A program made the translations under genes and the position numbers. Shown here one piece after another: positions 26,876 to 32,485 of a DNA stretch of 32,485 nt. The notes under the pieces were generated by a model that saw only the letters and a program-made list of their open reading frames with translations, ran no database searches and was not told the origin of the DNA. Within the stretch, counting starts at the first letter, position 1, and each line of letters begins with the position of its first letter. Source of the DNA: Cyanobacteria bacterium UBA1186 (GTDB lineage: Bacteria; Cyanobacteriota; Vampirovibrionia; Gastranaerophilales; Gastranaerophilaceae); NCBI GenBank assembly GCA_002309875.1, contig DBYM01000004.1, forward strand, positions 2,924 to 35,408, in the 5' to 3' direction.

Positions 26876-27334
26876 TTGGCAGTAATTTCATCTTCTATTG
26901 AGGCTCTTGAAACAGAACATCTTGAAAGAGTTAACTTGGGACAGCACGTTCTTGCAGAGTTTTTTGAATGTGATTCAAATGTTTTGAACAGTATAGATAA
27001 AGTAGAGAAGCACATGATTGATGCAGCACTCGAATGCGGTGCAACTATTGTACAAAAATGCTTTCATATGTTTAACCCCTATGGAGTCAGCGGAGTTGTT
27101 ATTATTTCCGAAAGTCATTTGGCTATTCACACATGGCCGGAATTAGGATATGCGGCAGTAGATTTATTTACATGCGGTACAAAATGCGATCCGAAAATCG
27201 CTTATGAGTTTTTGAAGAAGAAATTTAATTCGAAGAAAGCCTCATTTACAGAACTTAAAAGAGGTATAATAGACCGAGAAACCCTAAAACTTGCAGAGCA
27301 GCCTTTTGAAGTGGCCGAACAGTTTGAAGAATAA
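26876..27334 (+). CDS. speD: S-adenosylmethionine decarboxylase proenzyme (class 1B, pyruvoyl)
   Basis: LGQHVLAEF...GATIV...F-x-PYGVSGVVIISESHLAIHTWPE-x-GYAAVDLFTCG, with the E-S self-cleavage site. TTG 26876 is 8 nt after AAGGAGG; the track's ATG 26858 lies upstream of that SD. Confidence 0.9.
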   Translation: MAVISSSIEALETEHLERVNLGQHVLAEFFECDSNVLNSIDKVEKHMIDAALECGATIVQKCFHMFNPYGVSGVVIISESHLAIHTWPELGYAAVDLFTCGTKCDPKIAYEFLKKKFNSKKASFTELKRGIIDRETLKLAEQPFEVAEQFEE

Positions 27335-27335
27335 T

Positions 27336-27364
27336 AAAAAAACGCTTAACAAAGCGTTTTTTTT
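27336..27364 (+). terminator. Rho-independent terminator
   Basis: AAAAAAACGCTT-AACA-AAGCGTTTTTTTT directly after the speD stop. Confidence 0.8.
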
Positions 27365-27410
27365 GTAAAGATTTGGGCAATTTTTGCAGGTTTTGTGTTT
27401 TATATATAGT

Positions 27411-30182
27411 ATGGTTAGAAATGTGTCAGACATATATTCGGTTATGTTTAGAAGTCTTCCGGTGAATAATATGCCAAAAGACAAGAAAACAAGCCCGTCT
27501 TCTCAGGAGTTATCCAACATAACTCCCGATTTTAATATTAAAATCCCGCAAAAATACGCAAAGTTAGGAGAGAAAACCCTGCCAAACGGATTGGTTATCC
27601 ACTCATATGTACTTGCAAACGGACATAAAGTCAGTATAGTTCCTATGCAGGGCTCACCTGCCACGGTTAAAAATTACGTAAATGTCGGCTCAATGAACGA
27701 AACTGACGATATTAAAGGAATCAGCCATTTCCTTGAGCACATGGCCTTCAATGGTACAACAGGTGAAAACGGATATACAAAACTCGTATGGGGTGATTCC
27801 TTTAAAAAAATTGAAGAACTCGGCGGGTGGACAAATGCAAGCACGAACTATGCAATCACGGATTATGTAAATTCAACTCCGCTTTTGAACGATAAAGACA
27901 TTAACGAGCAGATTAAAATAATAGCATCAATGACAGAAAATTTGGCATTAACAGATGAGATGATTGAAAAAGAAAAAAATCCTGTTTGCTCGGAAATAAA
28001 TATGATTATGGACAGGCCCGAAACAATTGCCATAGACCAAACCGTTCGCTCACTGTTTAATATCAGAAGTTCTGCCGATGAACTCGTTGCAGGCAGTACC
28101 GAGCACATTCAAAATCTTAACAGAGACAAGGTTAAAGCCTATTACAACAAATACTATACTCCCGACAATATGAACCTTGTAATCACGGGCGATGTAAACC
28201 CTGATGAAATTATAGAAACAGTCGCAAAAGAATTCAGGTCGCAAAAAGTATCAAACGGTCATAAATATGAGGAAAAACTAGTACCGTTAAGAAGTACCGT
28301 AAGAAAAGACTTTATATCCGATAAAGCAGATTCCGCCATAATTACACTTGGATTTGAAGGCCCTGCGAGCAACGATGCCAAAGCACTTGCTATAACAGAT
28401 ATTCTGGATGCATATCTTGCAAGTGAAAGTTGCGGTATCAGAAGCCAATTGGACAAATTAAACACCTACGGATTTGGTTATAACGAAAAAATCAGTTCAA
28501 ATCCTTATAACCCGACTATCAATATTTACACTTTATCCTGTTCCGAAGATTCGGCAGATAAAGCATTAAAAATACTTTTTAACAAATTCTCCGGACTTCA
28601 GGCGCCCGATGAGAAAACATTAAATTCAATTAAAAAGGGCCTGCTGATGGATTACCAGGATAATTTTCAGTACAGTCAGGCCGTAAATAATGCAATAGGG
28701 AAGGCCGTTTTAAGCGGTAATTTGGAATATTTGACCGAATACGAAAAAATTATCAAAAGTATCACAACTGAAGATATAAATGATGCAATCGGCAAATACT
28801 ACAATATTAACAAGGCCGCCCTCACGGTAGTCCACCCCGAAAAACCAATAAAAGAAACAAGTTTTAAAGGAAGAAACCGCAAACCCGTAAATATGGAAAA
28901 TGTTGAACTGTTAAACCTTGATAATAACTACCGGGTAGCATTTCAGGAAGACAATAACAAGAACATTACATACAGAATGGTACTCTCTTATGATTTACCG
29001 AAAGGCATTAATCCTGTTGCTGCAGATATATTGGGGATACTATACGATAAAGGTTATAACGGCATAACTGAGGAAGAATACAATAAGTTCAACGAAGATA
29101 ACAACCTTTATCAAAATATACTTGTATCTAATAACAAACTGAATTTATTAGGATATTCAAATTATGAAAATTTTGACACCAATATTAAACTCGGAACAAA
29201 ACTCCTGCATAATCCGAAAATAAATCAGAAAGAATTTGATACTGCCGTAAACAGAATCAAAGATATATTATCCCGAGAACAAGATACTTCGGAAAGTATC
29301 TTAAGTGATTATGAATACCACAATAACCCCTATATTTCTTCAAAAGAACAAACCCTTAAAAGTCTTGAAACAGTGACAATAGATGATGTGAAGAAACTTC
29401 ACGAATATATTATGAACAATTCTCAGGGAATAATTCTGATGAACATACCGAAAGGGGACGAAAATCTAAAGAAAGATGCAATAAGTCAATTTAACCGTCT
29501 CGATTGCGTTAAGCCGCATGAATACAAACTGAATAACGTTTATGTTCCCGAAGACAAACCTGTTTTATTAACCAAAGCAAGAAGTATCTCTCAGGCAGAT
29601 ATTACACAAACTTATAAATATAAACTTGAAGATACAATAAAAGAATTTGCCGCAATAGAAGTTATGAATAAAATACTTTCATCGTCCGATTCAATAGGAC
29701 TGTTCAACAGCCTGAGAGAACGAGACCATTTGGCATATTCGGTACATTCCGAAACATCGTACGTTGAAAATACAGGTTACATCTCCTTAAATATACTTAC
29801 TACTACGGACAATAAAGATACCGGAGAAATTTCTTACGATAATTTACAAAAATCAATAAACGGATTCCATCGTCAAATTCAGATGTTACTTGATTCCAAA
29901 TATACGGACGAGGATTTGGAAAGCGCTAAAAAGAAACTTAAAGCCGGACTTTTGAACCAGGAAGGTACGGATAATAAACTGTCTTCCTTATGTGCAGGAC
30001 TGCAGTCTAAAGAAGGTATTGATTACAAAAACAAGTTATACTCAGTCATTGACACAATTTCAAGGGAAGATATTGATAATTACGCAAAGAAAATATTTGC
30101 AGCCAAACCTGTATATTCAATAGTAGCAAGCCAAGATACCATTGATGCTAACAGAGATTTTTTGGCCGACCTAACTGTATAA
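27411..30182 (+). CDS. M16 (insulinase/pitrilysin) family zinc peptidase, fused two-half form
   Basis: VGSMNE...GISHFLEHMAFNGT (HxxEH), GGWTNAST, EKEK-x-x-V-x-SEI, YY-x-PDNM-x-LVITGD. The second half has LF-x-x-LRE...LAYSV. The start is uncertain (TTG 27384, ATG 27411 or later). Confidence 0.92.
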   Translation: MVRNVSDIYSVMFRSLPVNNMPKDKKTSPSSQELSNITPDFNIKIPQKYAKLGEKTLPNGLVIHSYVLANGHKVSIVPMQGSPATVKNYVNVGSMNETDDIKGISHFLEHMAFNGTTGENGYTKLVWGDSFKKIEELGGWTNASTNYAITDYVNSTPLLNDKDINEQIKIIASMTENLALTDEMIEKEKNPVCSEINMIMDRPETIAIDQTVRSLFNIRSSADELVAGSTEHIQNLNRDKVKAYYNKYYTPDNMNLVITGDVNPDEIIETVAKEFRSQKVSNGHKYEEKLVPLRSTVRKDFISDKADSAIITLGFEGPASNDAKALAITDILDAYLASESCGIRSQLDKLNTYGFGYNEKISSNPYNPTINIYTLSCSEDSADKALKILFNKFSGLQAPDEKTLNSIKKGLLMDYQDNFQYSQAVNNAIGKAVLSGNLEYLTEYEKIIKSITTEDINDAIGKYYNINKAALTVVHPEKPIKETSFKGRNRKPVNMENVELLNLDNNYRVAFQEDNNKNITYRMVLSYDLPKGINPVAADILGILYDKGYNGITEEEYNKFNEDNNLYQNILVSNNKLNLLGYSNYENFDTNIKLGTKLLHNPKINQKEFDTAVNRIKDILSREQDTSESILSDYEYHNNPYISSKEQTLKSLETVTIDDVKKLHEYIMNNSQGIILMNIPKGDENLKKDAISQFNRLDCVKPHEYKLNNVYVPEDKPVLLTKARSISQADITQTYKYKLEDTIKEFAAIEVMNKILSSSDSIGLFNSLRERDHLAYSVHSETSYVENTGYISLNILTTTDNKDTGEISYDNLQKSINGFHRQIQMLLDSKYTDEDLESAKKKLKAGLLNQEGTDNKLSSLCAGLQSKEGIDYKNKLYSVIDTISREDIDNYAKKIFAAKPVYSIVASQDTIDANRDFLADLTV

Positions 30183-30932
30183 ATTGCTTCTGAAACTTTT
30201 AATTTGTTCTATTTTTGACCTGTAATCGCCCGACAAAAGTTCTTTTACGGATTCATTAAGCATCTCGACCGAAAGTTTTATATTATCATTGTTCAAATTG
30301 ACCATATCTTCCGCCATTTGTGTATTGGAAAGAGCCAATCTTGTCGTATCTTTAAACCCGGAAGATGCAAGCATTTGAGCCAATTTGTTTCCCTTAATAT
30401 TATTACACAAAGCCTGTGCTATAAGCATCGGCATATGAGAGATAAGAGCGACAGCCTTATCGTGTTCTTCGGGAGATGTTATAACAACTTTAGCGCCCAA
30501 ATCATTTATAATCTTTTCTAGAATTTCCTGTTCAGGCAAAATTATCCCGTTTATGGGAGTTATGACCCATTTTGCACCATGAAACAATTCGGGAAAAGAT
30601 GCGGACCAACCGCTATTTTCAGTCCCTGCCATCGGGTGGGAAGGAATAAATTTATAATTATAAGTTTTGGCTGATACAAACCCCTTAAGACTGCACACAT
30701 CAGTCACAATCGTTTTATCCGTCAATATTCCGTTTAATTTATCAAGGATTTCTAATGTTACACTCATTGGTGTACAGACAAAGACTAAATCACAATCCTT
30801 CAGTGTACCGTAATCTTCACTTACACCTTGTTCTTTTACCGAACGGGAAACACCTGTAACATTATATTTCCCCTTTAAAGCCTTAAATATTGAGCCTCCA
30901 ATCAGGCCCAAGCCAACAACACCTATCTTCAT
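30171..30932 (-). CDS. tyrA: Prephenate/arogenate dehydrogenase
   Basis: KIGVVGLGLIGGS, TDVCSLK, HPMAGTE-x-SG, EEHDKAVALISHMP, LASSGFKDTTR. Confidence 0.93.
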   Translation of the reverse strand: MKIGVVGLGLIGGSIFKALKGKYNVTGVSRSVKEQGVSEDYGTLKDCDLVFVCTPMSVTLEILDKLNGILTDKTIVTDVCSLKGFVSAKTYNYKFIPSHPMAGTENSGWSASFPELFHGAKWVITPINGIILPEQEILEKIINDLGAKVVITSPEEHDKAVALISHMPMLIAQALCNNIKGNKLAQMLASSGFKDTTRLALSNTQMAEDMVNLNNDNIKLSVEMLNESVKELLSGDYRSKIEQIKSFRSNLYS

Positions 30933-32188
30933 ATTAAATCCTTATGATGAAATTGTTTTCTGCCTTCAACGTAATCACTCACAATATCTCCGTTACCCTG
31001 AAGTTTATATTTATAGATTGTAAGGCCATCCAGACCGACAGGACCGCGCGCATGAGTTTTATTGGTAGAAATACCTACCTCAGCACCAAAACCATACCTA
31101 AAACCGTCTGCAAACCTTGTTGAAGCATTATGATATACCCCCGAAGAATCAACCATATTCATGAACATTGCAGCATTTAATCTGTCTTCAGTAATAATGG
31201 CTTCCGTATGCCCTGATGAATATTCATTTATATGCTCAATTGCCTCTTCCAAAGAATCAACAATTTTAACGGACAATATCGTATCGGAATACTCTTTATG
31301 CCAGTCTTCAGGTTCATATATCAAGGTTATTCCCGCCTTCTCCAATTGTGAAAGAAGAGTTTCTCTGCGCATAAAACGTTTGTGAATTAAAAGTGTTTCA
31401 ACAGAGTTGCAGGCACTCGGATATTGTGTTTTTGCGTCAATTATTATTTTTTTAGCCTTATCCAAATCTGCCGATTCATCAACAAAAATATGACAAATAC
31501 CGTCAGCGTGACCTAAAACGGGTATTCTTGTATTCTCTTTAACATAGTTTACGAGTTTATTTCCGCCTCTCGGTATCATCAAATCAATATATTTGTCCTG
31601 TCTGAGCATTTCGGCGACTTCTTCGTGCGAATATATCTGACTGAGGACATTTTCAGGGAAACCGTCAACCTTAAGCAATGCCTCCTGAATAAGTTCCATA
31701 ATTTTTTTGTTCGTATTTAAGGATTCTTTCCCGCCTTTTAATATAACTGCATTAGCGGATTTAATTGCAAGCGCGGAAATCTGAACAATAACATCGGGCC
31801 TTGCTTCAAAAATAACACCTATTACACCAATGGGGCAGGTAATTTTACTCAATATCAAACCGCTGTCCAAACTTCTCTGCATCAAAATTTTTCCGACAGG
31901 GTCTTCAAGATTATAGACATCAACAACACCCTTAATCATATCCCGCATCTTATTTTCATCAAGTTTAAGTCTGTTATAGACGGATTTTGTTATTTCTCCC
32001 CTGTCTAACATAGCCTGAGCATTGTCCAGGTCAATCTTATTGGCATTTAATATCTCGGACTTGCCGGATTCCAGCGCTTCAGCAAGAGCCATGAGTGCCT
32101 TATCCCTGATATTTCCCGTTATTGATGCAAGTTTCTTAGATGCAGTGTCCGCATTTTTTGCAATATTAAGTACGCTATTTTCTGCCAT
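30929..32188 (-). CDS. proA: Gamma-glutamyl phosphate reductase
   Basis: PIGVIGVIFEARP, AVILKGGKE, IPRGG, GICHIFVD, YPSACNSVETLL, SGHTEAI, NASTRFADG-x-RYGFGAEVGIST-x-KTHARGPVGL. ATG 32188 preferred over the track's TTG 32206. Confidence 0.96.
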   Translation of the reverse strand: MAENSVLNIAKNADTASKKLASITGNIRDKALMALAEALESGKSEILNANKIDLDNAQAMLDRGEITKSVYNRLKLDENKMRDMIKGVVDVYNLEDPVGKILMQRSLDSGLILSKITCPIGVIGVIFEARPDVIVQISALAIKSANAVILKGGKESLNTNKKIMELIQEALLKVDGFPENVLSQIYSHEEVAEMLRQDKYIDLMIPRGGNKLVNYVKENTRIPVLGHADGICHIFVDESADLDKAKKIIIDAKTQYPSACNSVETLLIHKRFMRRETLLSQLEKAGITLIYEPEDWHKEYSDTILSVKIVDSLEEAIEHINEYSSGHTEAIITEDRLNAAMFMNMVDSSGVYHNASTRFADGFRYGFGAEVGISTNKTHARGPVGLDGLTIYKYKLQGNGDIVSDYVEGRKQFHHKDLI

Positions 32189-32396
32189 TACGATATTCCT
32201 CAACAAGTCTGCAATACTGCAATCTTCTTAAATTTATCATAGTTGAGAATTTTTTTCTTAGCAAGTGTTCCCTGAGAGACCTGGCAGGTAATTCATCTTT
32301 TATTGTCGGTCTGTTCACTACATATCCCGACAAATCCATGAACGGTACGGTATTTCTGTAATCCATATAAGGACTTCTTCCCTCATATTCGGGCAT
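32175..32396 (-). CDS. Small hypothetical protein (73 aa) overlapping the proA start
   Basis: GGAG SD upstream of the ATG. Fills the tRNA-proA gap, and its stop lies just past the proA ATG, as in coupled genes. Confidence 0.5.
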   Translation of the reverse strand: MPEYEGRSPYMDYRNTVPFMDLSGYVVNRPTIKDELPARSLREHLLRKKFSTMINLRRLQYCRLVEEYRNGRK

Positions 32397-32453
32397 TTAT
32401 GCTCTCCATAAAACGATGTGTGATAATTGTAGTTTAGCAGTCTAAATATAAAT

Positions 32454-32485
32454 CACGCGTGGAGGGATTCGAACCCCCGACCTTT
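32454..32485 (-). tRNA. tRNA 3' half (truncated by window edge), probably tRNA-Arg; no encoded CCA
   Basis: Minus strand AAAGGTC-GGGGG-TTCGAAT-CCCTC-CACGCGT-G gives variable loop, T-arm, acceptor strand and discriminator G. The anticodon is outside the window, so the identity is inferred. Confidence 0.85.

Noticed and set aside
2053-32231. Numerous 60-160 aa ORFs antisense or out-of-frame to the main genes (e.g. 9752-10216, 16539-16925, 21132-21608, 25492-25980)
   Set aside because: They are shadow ORFs of well-supported CDS, with S/I/L/F-rich composition and no recognisable motifs.
32397-32485. tRNA 3' end as an att site of an integrated element
   Set aside because: The fragment is cut by the window edge, and no integrase or duplicate of the sequence is seen in the window.

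Overview
Gene-dense, AT-rich bacterial chromosomal window with about 27 CDS and the 3' end of a tRNA. It has no transposase, integrase, prophage gene or CRISPR array. The protein set includes cyanobacteria-like CtpA, TyrA and a stand-alone MnmD/MnmC2 methyltransferase, an AsmA-like protein, and split-type GcvPA. By inference this fits a non-photosynthetic cyanobacterial relative (Melainabacteria/Gastranaerophilales). Housekeeping content: dxr (partial), bioF, ctpA, a uridine kinase-like gene, a MalK-type ATPase, a DnaJ/CbpA-like gene, gcvT-gcvH-gcvPA-nupC, queC-DUF366, speD, an M16 peptidase, tyrA and proA. The strongest unexplained signal is DNA structure inside coding sequence. A 28-bp Xer dif-like site (4285-4312, minus strand AATAGTCATAA-TATATA-TTATGTAAATT) lies in-frame within a large AT-rich insertion of the MnmD-like gene. 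It is flanked on both sides by TATNG-ANN-CNATA palindromes (3744, 3801; 5191, 5236, 5293; two pairs spaced exactly 57 bp), mostly in apparent insertions of two unrelated proteins. This suggests a replication-terminus/dimer-resolution locus written inside genes. Other leads: a possible two-gene non-orthologous MnmC, the QueC + DUF366 (biotin/lipoate-ligase-like) pair, three degenerate signalling/defence-type proteins (histidine pseudokinase, PilZ without c-di-GMP motifs, DUF262 without nuclease), leaderless promoters, and an unusual speD translation start region. All family calls come from motif recognition by eye, not database searches.
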